Shown: positions 45,802 to 55,043 of the stretch, in pieces | Position numbering within the stretch: position 1 is the stretch's first letter | Layout: the number at the start of each line of letters is the position of its first letter | NCBI GenBank assembly: GCA_001786195.1 | Contig: MFVS01000008.1 | Location: forward strand, 21,057 to 85,056 | DNA length: 64,000 nucleotides | Origin: Candidatus Nomurabacteria bacterium RIFCSPLOWO2_12_FULL_40_42 | GTDB lineage: Bacteria > Patescibacteriota > Minisyncoccia > Phycocordibacterales > UBA9973 | Direction: 5' to 3' | Program-made: the position numbers and the translations under genes | The notes under the pieces: generated by a model | The model's input: the letters and a program-made list of their open reading frames with translations, nothing else | The model's database searches: none | Told to the model about the DNA's origin: nothing

Positions 45802-46335
45802 ATGAAAGATAAAATTGTAGTTTATACGGACGGAGCAGCTAAGAGAAATCCTGGGAACGCTGGCTGGGGAGCTGTTTTCATAATTCACCCCTACCCGGCC
45901 TCCCCCTTGATAAGGGGGAGGAGTCAGGAGGGGGTCTTCGAAATTGGCGGGGGAGTAGAACACGCTACCAATAATATTATGGAACTAACTGCGCCGATAG
46001 AGGCATTGAAATATTTAAAGACACTTTTCCCTAGTGAAGTCCCTAGGGATATCACTAGGGAAAGAAATATAGAAATTATTTCTGATTCTAAATATGTGAT
46101 TTTGGGAATCACTGAGTGGATTTTTAATTGGCAAAAAAATAATTGGCGCAATGCCAACAAAAAACCTGTTTTGAATCGCGAGCTTTGGGAGGAGCTATAC
46201 AAACTGACCGAAGAGTTAAAGCCAAAATGGACGTATGTAAAAGGACATAATGAAAATAAATACAATGACCGCGCTGACTTGATTGCCACAAGTTTTGCAG
46301 AGGGCGCTCAAGTGGAACTTAAAAGTAAAAAATAA
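45802..46335 (+). CDS. rnhA: Ribonuclease HI (with two in-frame hairpin insertions)
   Basis: YTDGA..NPG..GWG, TNNIMEL, SDSKYV, VKGH, NDRAD. Confidence 0.93.
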   Translation: MKDKIVVYTDGAAKRNPGNAGWGAVFIIHPYPASPLIRGRSQEGVFEIGGGVEHATNNIMELTAPIEALKYLKTLFPSEVPRDITRERNIEIISDSKYVILGITEWIFNWQKNNWRNANKKPVLNRELWEELYKLTEELKPKWTYVKGHNENKYNDRADLIATSFAEGAQVELKSKK

Positions 46336-46353
46336 TTTTAGTATATTTTAAAA

Positions 46354-47859
46354 ATGCGAGATAGGATTTTTTATGCGATATGTTTTGGTTTTATCTTTGG
46401 GGTGTTTTTGCGCTCTTTTTTATTTTTCAATTTATATTTTGCTGTTTGGGTCGCAGTGGTCAGTGTGGCCTTAGCTTTATTTTTCTCTCTAATTTCTAAA
46501 AACAAGTGGGGCATCATATTCTCCATTTTTATTTTAACTTTTTGCTTAGGAATTTTCAGATTTCATGCGGCAGATGTTCCATCACCTAGTGTTTTCGAAT
46601 CGCAGGTGGGTCAAAAAGTATTTTTCACTGGAAAAATTATAGATGAACCGGATATAAGGGAAAATAATCAAAAACTGACTATTGAAGCGCAAATTGGACA
46701 AGACCCACGTCAGGGCGGGGCAAGCAAAACTAAAATTTTAGTCACTGTAAATTTCGGTCAGGATTTTAAATACGGCGACGAGGTAAAATTTTCGGGAAAA
46801 TTACAGAAACCGGAAAATTTTATGACGGATCAGGGTAAAAAGTTTGATTATGTAAATTATTTAAGGAAGGACGGGATTTATTACGTAATGAATTATGTAA
46901 ATGTCGAGGTCATCTCAGGGGGGAATGGCAACATAATTAAAAGCGCGCTGTTTTTCGTAAAAGAAAAGTTCTTAGCGAAAATGGATTTTGCTATAAAAAC
47001 TCCTGAATCGCTTCTCATGGGTGGTTTGATATTGGGCGAGCGTTCTTCTTTTAATAATGAAATGCGAGAGAAGTTTATAAATACTGGCACGATCCATATC
47101 GTGGCTCTCTCGGGATACAATGTGACAATCGTCGCCGAATGGATTATGAAACTATTTTCTGGAGTGCCTTATGTAGCTAAAAATTTCGGCATTGGGATGG
47201 GTATTTTCACTATTTTGCTTTTTGTGTTGATGACGGGTGGGAGTTCGACTGCGATCCGGGCGGGGATAATGGCGACCTTAGCGCTAATTGCCCGCGCGAC
47301 CGGGAGAAATTATGACGTCGCGCGGGCTCTCATGCTCGCCGGGGTGGGAATGATTTTACTAAATCCTTTTGTGCTAGTTTACGACGTATCTTTTCAGCTT
47401 TCTTTTATCGCGACAGTGGCGGTAATATTTTTTACCCCTAGAATTGAAAAATATTTTTTATGGGCGCCAGATGTTTGCAAACTGCGGGACATCATTTCCG
47501 TCTCCTGTGCCGCCTATATTTTTGTCTTGCCATTTATCCTCTACAAAATGGGCAATCTTTCTCTAGTCGCCCTGCCGGCCAATATTTTAATTCTACCGTT
47601 TATCCCGTTTACCATGTTGCTCGGGTTTCTGACTGGTTTTGTCGGGCTTATTTCATATATATTGGCTGTACCCATAGGCTATATTTCCTATCTCATGCTT
47701 CATTATGAACTCGGAGTGATAAATTTTTTCTCCAGTCTGCCCTTTGCCGCTTTTTCTGTTCCGAATTTTCCGCTCATTCTAACAACTTTAATTTACATCT
47801 ATTTTATTTATAGACTTTTTGGCAGAAATATAAAGAGTTTCTTTACTGCGTCCCAATAA
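46354..47859 (+). CDS. comEC: ComEC/Rec2 competence channel (OB + Competence domains, no MBL domain)
   Basis: TGTIHIVALSGYNV, SSTAIRAGIM, DVSFQLSF. Confidence 0.9.
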   Translation: MRDRIFYAICFGFIFGVFLRSFLFFNLYFAVWVAVVSVALALFFSLISKNKWGIIFSIFILTFCLGIFRFHAADVPSPSVFESQVGQKVFFTGKIIDEPDIRENNQKLTIEAQIGQDPRQGGASKTKILVTVNFGQDFKYGDEVKFSGKLQKPENFMTDQGKKFDYVNYLRKDGIYYVMNYVNVEVISGGNGNIIKSALFFVKEKFLAKMDFAIKTPESLLMGGLILGERSSFNNEMREKFINTGTIHIVALSGYNVTIVAEWIMKLFSGVPYVAKNFGIGMGIFTILLFVLMTGGSSTAIRAGIMATLALIARATGRNYDVARALMLAGVGMILLNPFVLVYDVSFQLSFIATVAVIFFTPRIEKYFLWAPDVCKLRDIISVSCAAYIFVLPFILYKMGNLSLVALPANILILPFIPFTMLLGFLTGFVGLISYILAVPIGYISYLMLHYELGVINFFSSLPFAAFSVPNFPLILTTLIYIYFIYRLFGRNIKSFFTASQ

Positions 47860-48448
47860 CTTTAGAAAAGTTTTTCTCTACAACCTCCCAGTTAACATTA
47901 TCCAAAAAAGCATCAACATATTTTTTCTTATCTGTCGCATAATCCAAATAAAAGGAATGTTCCCACATATCAATTCCAAAAATCCAAGCAAGTCCGGTAA
48001 GGTGTCCTAGATGTTGTTCGTCAATCCAAGCATTGAGAAGTTTTTTATTAATGGGGTCATAATAAAGCACTGCCCAGCCAATACCTCGCGTCATAGCAAT
48101 TGTTTTGAAGCGAGCGAACCAAAGGTCAACGCTACCCCATTCTTCCGTCATCGCTTTTTTAAGCGGACTTTCTCCTTTCACGATTTTTGCTCCACCTTCT
48201 AAACTTTTGAAATAATATTCGTGATTTCTCATTCCATCAAACTCAAAAGCGAAGCGGCGCTGAATTTCATCTACGACATAGGGTGCAAAAGTATCTTCCT
48301 TCGTATAACCTTGATATTCAGGAATTTTTTCTAAAATAAGATTCGCATTTTTAACATAGCCAGCATAAAGTTTTAGGTGTTCTTCAATTGTTTTTTTTGA
48401 TATTCCTTTTAATTCTCCGATATTGAATTTTATTTCTTCAAATTTCAT
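47843..48448 (-). CDS. Fe/Mn superoxide dismutase
   Basis: EEHLKLYAGYV, NHEYYF, GIGWA, IDMWEHSFYLDY. Confidence 0.9.
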   Translation of the reverse strand: MKFEEIKFNIGELKGISKKTIEEHLKLYAGYVKNANLILEKIPEYQGYTKEDTFAPYVVDEIQRRFAFEFDGMRNHEYYFKSLEGGAKIVKGESPLKKAMTEEWGSVDLWFARFKTIAMTRGIGWAVLYYDPINKKLLNAWIDEQHLGHLTGLAWIFGIDMWEHSFYLDYATDKKKYVDAFLDNVNWEVVEKNFSKVIGTQ

Positions 48449-48466
48449 GTGTGCTACTATTATATC

Positions 48467-49336
48467 ATGTGGCGTAAAAAGCAAAAGTATACTCTGTGGA
48501 TACTAGTCATTGGTTTAATTATTGTAAATATTTTTCTTTTCCGCTTAGATTGGAAGAATTCTCACCGAGGTCTCACTTTTGCAATGCTGGACATCGGGCA
48601 GGGTGACGGGCTTTTTATTGAGTCGCCAACTGGAACGCAGATATTAGTGGACGCTGGTCCGCCTAGAAAAATATTAAGTGCTCTTGCGCGTATGATGTCG
48701 CCATTTGATCGGCACATAGATGCGATTGTGATTACCAATCCGGATGCGGATCATATCGGTGGATTTCTGGATGTTTTAAAAGTTTATAAAGTAGATAGAG
48801 TATTTGAGCCCGGCACATATAATGATTCTAAAACTTATCAGAATTTAGAGAATGAAATAAAAAATAAAAATATTCCGGATATTTTGGCAAAAAAAGGTAT
48901 GAGGCTGGATATCGGAGGCGGAGCAGTGATTGATATTTTGTTTCCAGACAGAGATGTTTCATTGTGGGACAGCAATGACGGATCAATTGTAGCAAAATTA
49001 ACTTATGGCAAGACTTCCGTCATGCTTACTGGGGATGCAACTGCCGAAACAGAAAAAATAATTCTCGAGGAATTTTCCTCGCTGCAACTTTGGAGCACTA
49101 TTTTAAAAGTTCCACATCACGGCTCGCGGACTTCTTCTTCGGTTGCTTTTGTAAAAGCTGTTTCACCCTCGTATGCCCTAATTTCGGATGGTAAAGACAA
49201 TAAATATGGTCATCCACATCAAGATACATTGGATACTCTAACTTTATTCGGCGCAAAGATTTTTAGAACTGATTTACTCGGGACCATTATTGTAAAGTCG
49301 GACGGGAAAAGTGAAAAAATTCAACCTTTGCATTAA
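48467..49336 (+). CDS. ComEC-type metallo-beta-lactamase-fold hydrolase
   Basis: LDIGQGDG, TNPDADHIGG, LTGDA, KVPHHGS, NKYGHPH. Confidence 0.9.
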   Translation: MWRKKQKYTLWILVIGLIIVNIFLFRLDWKNSHRGLTFAMLDIGQGDGLFIESPTGTQILVDAGPPRKILSALARMMSPFDRHIDAIVITNPDADHIGGFLDVLKVYKVDRVFEPGTYNDSKTYQNLENEIKNKNIPDILAKKGMRLDIGGGAVIDILFPDRDVSLWDSNDGSIVAKLTYGKTSVMLTGDATAETEKIILEEFSSLQLWSTILKVPHHGSRTSSSVAFVKAVSPSYALISDGKDNKYGHPHQDTLDTLTLFGAKIFRTDLLGTIIVKSDGKSEKIQPLH

Positions 49337-49502
49337 AATGTAGCCCTTTCCTAGCCCAGTAGATTTTTTCATACTAGGGTCTGGAAGGGAATCCGCGCGG
49401 GTTTCGGCTTTTTGTTTTGGCGGGATTTGGGTGGGCTTTTAATTTAAAACATGGCCTCCTATAAATAATATAACAGAAAAGAAATGTGCTAGAATAAAAA
49501 CT

Positions 49503-49958
49503 ATGTTTTCCGTATTCAGAGAATGGTGGATTTTAAGACAATTAACAAAGCGTTGTATGAAAAAAGACGTGAGAATTTTATCTAATGGAGGGGACATAAA
49601 TGAATATGGCCATATTTCAAAAGAGAAGTTCTTAAATGAGATTTCAGCAAAGTTTTTGGGGATAATACCTAGAACAAAATATTGGCAAATGCGTTTAATT
49701 CGCAAATATAGAGGGACTCTTGAAATAAGTAAGAAAAGAAATCCCTATTATGCAGTTGAAGGTTTTGATGGAACAGAAAAATGGATAAAAATTTCGGCAC
49801 ATGGAGATGATTTTAAACTTTTAGTTGCTTTTAGAGAATGGTTAACATTATGGAAAGGAGTGTTGATTCTTATAATTACAGTTTTTGGTTCCCCTTATCT
49901 TCTTATTTTTAGAAATTGGTTCATTAAAATTACTACACCTTATTTTCCTTTGTGGTGA
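49503..49958 (+). CDS. Hypothetical membrane protein (islet)
   Basis: 151-aa AT-rich ORF with C-terminal TM. Confidence 0.55.
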   Translation: MFSVFREWWILRQLTKRCMKKDVRILSNGGDINEYGHISKEKFLNEISAKFLGIIPRTKYWQMRLIRKYRGTLEISKKRNPYYAVEGFDGTEKWIKISAHGDDFKLLVAFREWLTLWKGVLILIITVFGSPYLLIFRNWFIKITTPYFPLW

Positions 49959-50016
49959 TTGTGATATAATAAGTACAAGAATACAAAAAAATTATTAATT
50001 AACAAGAGGAAATAAT

Positions 50017-50211
50017 ATGAATAATTTAACTGGTTTTGATTATAAGCGGGTTGGGATATTACTAATTTCCGTGTTGGTTGGTTATTTTGTGGTAATTTTG
50101 ACCGCGCCAATGTTTGAAAGTTCAGGAGTAAGTGGTATAGGCGGTCTTCTAGGACTTCTCTGTGCGATAGTAGTTTATAAAAGATTAACAAAAAAAGAAA
50201 TTAAAAGTTAA
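50017..50211 (+). CDS. Small two-TM protein
   Basis: GAGGA RBS upstream; two hydrophobic helices. Confidence 0.6.
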   Translation: MNNLTGFDYKRVGILLISVLVGYFVVILTAPMFESSGVSGIGGLLGLLCAIVVYKRLTKKEIKS

Positions 50212-50222
50212 GAAAAAGTAAA

Positions 50223-50378
50223 ATGGACTACGAAGACTTGCAAGAAGAAAACTTAAATTTTGACGAAAGACTAACCAACCTTGAACATCAATTTAGCAAA
50301 CTCAGTAGAAGTTTGGATTTTTTTCTTCCATTAATGGGTGGGGCTATTCTTATTATTCTGTGGAAGATTTTTTTCTAG
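50223..50378 (+). CDS. Small coiled-coil + TM protein (51 aa)
   Basis: Manual translation MDYEDLQEENLNFDERLTNLEHQFSKLSRSLDFFLPLMGGAILIILWKIFF. Confidence 0.5.
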   Translation: MDYEDLQEENLNFDERLTNLEHQFSKLSRSLDFFLPLMGGAILIILWKIFF

Positions 50379-50541
50379 AGCAATTAAGTATATAGTTCCC
50401 AATATTTATATAATACCCAAAATAATAGATTTTTTCAAGGTGTATTGCTTATTTTAACAAGCTTGAATTTTGCTTGACCTCGTTTGTTTGCTATATTGAC
50501 ATGAGTTTGCTCTTGATCTCAATTTTTAGTATCATATAGGT

Positions 50542-51024
50542 ATGTCTCTACATCGGAAAAAGTACCAAAATGCTGTCTTGTACTTGTGCCAAAAACTAAA
50601 AGGTGAAGTACGGGGAAAGAAAAAATTGGCGAAATTATTATATTTTGCTGATTTTGACTTGTACGAAAAAATTCAAAAATCAATAACTGGAGATGTGTAT
50701 AATGCCCTTCCTATGGGGCCAGTTCCTTCGGCGTTGGAAGAAATCACCAAAGAAATGGTTAAAAATAAAATTCTTGGAATTAAGCAAGTTCCCGAGCGTG
50801 AAGGATACAATGCAACAGAAGTTTATAAATGTCTTACTGAACCAGATTTGTCTGTTTTTGATGAAGAAGAAAAAAAAATGCTTGATCGAATTGTGGTCAA
50901 ATACGGTCATTTGAACGGAAAACAATTGGAAGAGTTGTCTCACGCAGAAGCGCCCTACATTGGCACAGAATTACGAAAGGAAATTCCGTATGAGTTAGCT
51001 TTCTATCGTGGTACTGAATTTTAA
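50542..51024 (+). CDS. Panacea/SocA-like (DUF4065) antitoxin
   Basis: KKLAKLLYFADF...ITGDVY..LPMGPVP...LEELSH. Confidence 0.85.
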   Translation: MSLHRKKYQNAVLYLCQKLKGEVRGKKKLAKLLYFADFDLYEKIQKSITGDVYNALPMGPVPSALEEITKEMVKNKILGIKQVPEREGYNATEVYKCLTEPDLSVFDEEEKKMLDRIVVKYGHLNGKQLEELSHAEAPYIGTELRKEIPYELAFYRGTEF

Positions 51025-51030
51025 TGATTT

Positions 51031-51399
51031 ATGATTGAATTTTTCTACCATGACGGCATTCAGAAAGAAATCGTCGATCTAGAGCGACGATTTCGCACTA
51101 TACGCCAGGGTTTAGCTTCTTTTGAGAGATTGTGTGAAGTTCAATTTAATCCAACGCAACCGAAACAGGTTATTGCTCCGGCTAAATTACATCGCGTCAC
51201 TCAAAATGATATCTGGACACTCTGGAAAACCGAACTTGTTATCCCAAATTCTGGATTGAGACCAAATCAATGGCCAAGAGTTTGGTTTGTTGTAAAAGGA
51301 GACATGATAGCTTTTTTGTGTATTTCTTCTCATGTTGATAATTATAACGACGAAGACATAAGCAACCTGGCTATTTCCCGAGTGTCTGATTTTTTTTAG
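51031..51399 (+). CDS. Putative toxin paired with the Panacea antitoxin (possible RelE-like fold)
   Basis: 6 nt downstream of the antitoxin; short alpha/beta protein with ..RVWFVV..IAFLCISSH. Confidence 0.5.
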   Translation: MIEFFYHDGIQKEIVDLERRFRTIRQGLASFERLCEVQFNPTQPKQVIAPAKLHRVTQNDIWTLWKTELVIPNSGLRPNQWPRVWFVVKGDMIAFLCISSHVDNYNDEDISNLAISRVSDFF

Positions 51400-51402
51400 C
51401 TC

Positions 51403-51486
51403 GCCAAGATTTTCCGGACGGACTTACTCGGCACTATTATTGTAAAATCAGACGGGTCTGTGTTAAGATGGCAGTATGCCAAGTAA
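51403..51486 (+). pseudogene. Orphan duplicate 3' end of the MBL hydrolase gene
   Basis: Encodes AKIFRTDLLGTIIVKSDG, identical to 49253-49306 with 10 synonymous nt differences, then SVLRWQYAK*. Confidence 0.8.
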
Positions 51487-52732
51487 AATGTTAGACAAAC
51501 TAGTAGAAAAATTAATCAAATCGGAAGAAAAGAGACAGCGGGAAGGGTTGGAGCTTATCCCTTCGGAGAATTATGTCTCCGAAGATGTGCTCACGGCAAA
51601 CGGTTCGGTTTTTACCAATAAATATTCCGAAGGCTATCCGGGGCGCAGATATTATGGTGGGCAAGAAAATACAGATGCGATCGAGCGGCTCGCCATAGAG
51701 CGGGCTTGTAAATTATTCAATTGTAAATTTGCCAATGTCCAGCCGCACTCTGGCGCTCCGGCCAACTTGGCTGTATACGCGGCCCTGCTCGAACCAGGGG
51801 ACACAGTTTTGGGAATGGATCTTTCCCATGGCGGGCATTTGACGCATGGTCACCCGATGACGCTTCCAGCCAAGATTTATAATTTCGTCCGATATAAAAT
51901 GAAGGATCCGGAGACTGGCGAGATCGACTACGAAGACCTCCGCCGGGTGGCAATCGAAAAGAAACCAAAAATAATTCTGGCTGGTTTCTCCGCCTATTCT
52001 CGCACACTAGATTATAAAAAATTTGTGGAAATTGCGCGGGAAGTGGGGGCAATCACTATGGCCGATATGGCACACATCGCCGGGCTGATCGCGGCCGGGG
52101 CGCTTCGCAATCCGTTTGATGACGGTTTTGATATTATTACTTCGACGACGCACAAGACTCTGCGTGGCCCGCGCGGTGGCTTAATCCTTACTCGTGAGAA
52201 TGAAGAAATTGCCAAGAAAATTGATAAAACAGTTTTCCCAGGCATCCAAGGCGGCCCACATATGCATACGATTGCCGGGAAGGCTGTGGCTTTCGGCGAA
52301 GCTCTGACGCCAAAATTTAAAAAATACGCGGTCCAGGTTTTAAAAAATGCCAAAGCTATGGAAGAAGTTTTAAGAAAGAATAATATTCGCATGATCGGCG
52401 GTGGCACCGACAATCACCTAATTTTGGCTGATGTTTTCGGCTCTCTGGGGGTGACCGGCAAAGAGGCCCAGACGGTTTTCGACGAAGTCGGGATTACGCT
52501 CAATATGAATATGATCGCGGACGATCCGAGGAAGCCGATGGATCCGTCCGGAATTAGGTTCGGTACGCCAGCTATTACCACCAGAGGTTTCAAAGAGAAA
52601 GAATGCAAGCGGGTGGCGGAGCTTATGATTTCTGTCCTCAAAAACAAAGATGATAAAAAATTAAAAGAATCAGTACATAAAGAAATCAAAGCGCTGGCCA
52701 AAAAGTTTCCGATACCAAAGAAGTTTGTGTAA
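51476..52732 (+). CDS. glyA: Serine hydroxymethyltransferase
   Basis: LIPSENY, NKYSEGYPGRRYYGG, GGHLTHG, TTHKTLRGPRGG. Confidence 0.97.
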   Translation: MPSKMLDKLVEKLIKSEEKRQREGLELIPSENYVSEDVLTANGSVFTNKYSEGYPGRRYYGGQENTDAIERLAIERACKLFNCKFANVQPHSGAPANLAVYAALLEPGDTVLGMDLSHGGHLTHGHPMTLPAKIYNFVRYKMKDPETGEIDYEDLRRVAIEKKPKIILAGFSAYSRTLDYKKFVEIAREVGAITMADMAHIAGLIAAGALRNPFDDGFDIITSTTHKTLRGPRGGLILTRENEEIAKKIDKTVFPGIQGGPHMHTIAGKAVAFGEALTPKFKKYAVQVLKNAKAMEEVLRKNNIRMIGGGTDNHLILADVFGSLGVTGKEAQTVFDEVGITLNMNMIADDPRKPMDPSGIRFGTPAITTRGFKEKECKRVAELMISVLKNKDDKKLKESVHKEIKALAKKFPIPKKFV

Positions 52733-52735
52733 AAC

Positions 52736-53200
52736 ATGTCTCACATTCACGAAAAAATTGATTTTACGGTAGAAGTTTTCATTGTCTATAAAAACAAAGT
52801 GCTGCTTCGCATGCACGACAAGCATCACCGCTGGCTTTCGGTCGGCGGGCATATCGAGCTCGATGAAGACCCAATCCAGGCGGCGATGCGGGAAGTGAAA
52901 GAAGAAGTGGGGCTTAAGGTAGAAATTATCGGTTCCAAGCCGGAAATTAAAGATGAGTCTGATTACAAACATCTGGTTAGTCCCAAATACCTCGGGTGCC
53001 ACATTGTAAATGAGACCCATAAGCATATTACTTTTGTGTATTTCGCTCTTTCTTCTTCCGATACAATAGTGGATTCTCTAATGGAGCACGAGCGAATGGA
53101 GACCCGTTGGGCAACCAAGGAAGAATTGAAAGCAATGGGCCTGCGGCCAAATATTTTATTTTACGCCACAGAGGCGTTGAAAGAATTAGGTAAAATGTAG
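52736..53200 (+). CDS. NUDIX hydrolase
   Basis: GGHIELDEDPIQAAMREVKEEVG Nudix box. Confidence 0.92.
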   Translation: MSHIHEKIDFTVEVFIVYKNKVLLRMHDKHHRWLSVGGHIELDEDPIQAAMREVKEEVGLKVEIIGSKPEIKDESDYKHLVSPKYLGCHIVNETHKHITFVYFALSSSDTIVDSLMEHERMETRWATKEELKAMGLRPNILFYATEALKELGKM

Positions 53201-53221
53201 AATTGCAGATTAGAAAAATTA

Positions 53222-53798
53222 AATGATACAATCTTTGCCATGGCAGAATATGTATCACTCAATATACGACCTAGCTAGCTTAAAAATTCTAATACATTTG
53301 TCGAGTTTTATTTCTTCAAGATATTTTTTGAATTCTGCCGGCAGGGGAGATGGTCCGACCCAAACACTTTTTTGAATCATCATGTAGTCAAATTTTTTGA
53401 GGTGCCATCGGAGCCATTCTCTTTCCGGCTTTCTTTCCGTTGGTACATCAAACATTAAAAGAAGATTTTTATCTTTAGAAATATTTTTTGGCTTACTAAA
53501 TTGTTTGAGAGAATCAATTTTTCTTCTGACATATTCTTTTCCGTTTTTTGAAAGAATAACACCGGTTAATTGTTTTTCGATGATATTTTTTCGTTTTAAA
53601 CGATCAATCACTGTTCGGATGCTCCTTTGTGAGTATTTTTTGAAACGAGGAATGCCAAAAATATTCACGGACGTTCCTTTGTATTTGATTTCTGTATCCC
53701 AAAGCTCTCTCAGGATCTCTTTTGCAATAGACATGCAATGTATTGTAATTCAAAGACAAAAATGACACAAGCTCTGCCATGGCAGAAAGTGTGTCATT
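53222..53798. repeat. Pair of 38-bp palindromic direct repeats flanking the PaaX/Cas2-like gene
   Basis: 53222-53259 and 53761-53798, 31/38 identical, both centred on TGCCATGGCA. Confidence 0.8.
53255..53734 (-). CDS. PaaX-like wHTH + Cas2-like domain protein
   Basis: SIRTVIDRLKRKNII..ILSKNG (wHTH); LLMFDVP..K.EREWLR..L..FDY.MIQKSVWV. Confidence 0.8.
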   Translation of the reverse strand: MSIAKEILRELWDTEIKYKGTSVNIFGIPRFKKYSQRSIRTVIDRLKRKNIIEKQLTGVILSKNGKEYVRRKIDSLKQFSKPKNISKDKNLLLMFDVPTERKPEREWLRWHLKKFDYMMIQKSVWVGPSPLPAEFKKYLEEIKLDKCIRIFKLARSYIE

Positions 53799-53871
53799 GG
53801 GAATAAATATAACAAAGGTGTATAATGAAAAATGTTATACGCTAGAAATTTATCCAGGCTAAAAATTAACT

Positions 53872-54276
53872 ATGAAAATATATTTTGCAGTATCAGTCAG
53901 GGCAGGACGAAATGATGCCCCTATATATCCAGAGATTATAAAACTTCTTAAAAAATACGGTGAAGTTTTGAGTGAGAGAAATGGAGACCCATCTTTTCAC
54001 GGAGAAATAAATATGACTGATAAAGAAATATTTGATCGAGATATGGATTGGTTAAGGTCAGCCGATGTATTGGTTGCTGAAGTTACAACCCCAAGTCTTG
54101 GGGTAGGTTATGAAATTGCCGCTGCTTCTAATATAAGAAAACCAGTTCTTTGCTTGTATCGAAAAGTCCCAGGCAAAAAAATTTCTGCTATGATTAATGG
54201 AGATACAAAATTGACAGTAAAAATTTATAAAACAGTAGCAGATTTGCCGGAGATTTTAAAAGAATTTTTTAAGTAA
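53872..54276 (+). CDS. Nucleoside 2-deoxyribosyltransferase / DNPH1-like
   Basis: MKIYFAVSVRAGR, DRDMDWL..ADVLVAEVTTPSLGVGYE, SAMING. Confidence 0.88.
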   Translation: MKIYFAVSVRAGRNDAPIYPEIIKLLKKYGEVLSERNGDPSFHGEINMTDKEIFDRDMDWLRSADVLVAEVTTPSLGVGYEIAAASNIRKPVLCLYRKVPGKKISAMINGDTKLTVKIYKTVADLPEILKEFFK

Positions 54277-54324
54277 TTTCCAAACAGTTTTTCATTTTGG
54301 CCTTTTTTTTGATATAGTTCTGTC

Positions 54325-55017
54325 ATGGTCAAAAAAGGCAAACTTATCGTAATAGACGGCACAGATGGTAGCGGCAAGACCACTCAGGCAAATTTGCTTG
54401 TAAAACATCTTCGTAAGGATGGCCGCAAGGTCAAGTTTATTCATTTTCCACGTTACGAAGATAATTTTTTTGGAAAATTTATCGCGCACTGCCTCTCCGA
54501 GCAATATTATAATTGGGTAAATATCCATCCGAAGATCGCTTCGGTTATATATGCCGCCGACCGCTTTGAATCCAAAGAAAAAATACAAGGATGGTTAAAA
54601 CAAGGCTATACCGTGGTTATGGACAGATATATTTCTTCGAACCAGATCCACCAGGGCGGCAAGATCGCGAATCTTAAAAAACGCGAGGCTTTTATCAAAT
54701 GGCTGGCTCAAATGGAATATGAAGTTTTGAAAATTCCGGCGCCAAACTTGACCATTTATTTATCCCTGCCTGTTCAGATGGTTTTGAAATTGATCCGGGA
54801 TCGCAATTACAAGGGCGCTCGCGCTTATTTGGGCAGCAAAAAAGATGTTCATGAAAAGGATAAAAACTTTTTAAAAAATTCTATCAAAAGCGCTCTCTGG
54901 CTCACTCGCACCCAAAAAAATTGGATCAAAATCGAATGTATGAAGGGAAGCAAGCTTCGAAGTTTTCCTGATATTCATGAAGAAATTTATGAAAAAGTTA
55001 AGAAGGTTTTGAAATAA
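54325..55017 (+). CDS. tmk: Thymidylate kinase
   Basis: IDGTDGSGKTTQ, FPRY, YAADR, MDRYISSN. Confidence 0.92.
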   Translation: MVKKGKLIVIDGTDGSGKTTQANLLVKHLRKDGRKVKFIHFPRYEDNFFGKFIAHCLSEQYYNWVNIHPKIASVIYAADRFESKEKIQGWLKQGYTVVMDRYISSNQIHQGGKIANLKKREAFIKWLAQMEYEVLKIPAPNLTIYLSLPVQMVLKLIRDRNYKGARAYLGSKKDVHEKDKNFLKNSIKSALWLTRTQKNWIKIECMKGSKLRSFPDIHEEIYEKVKKVLK

Positions 55018-55043
55018 TTACATATATGTGATATACTCCTTGT

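Noticed and set aside
53255-53734. CRISPR-Cas locus suggested by the Cas2-like domain and 38-bp repeats
   Set aside because: Only two repeats, 500 bp apart with a gene between them; no spacers and no other cas genes.
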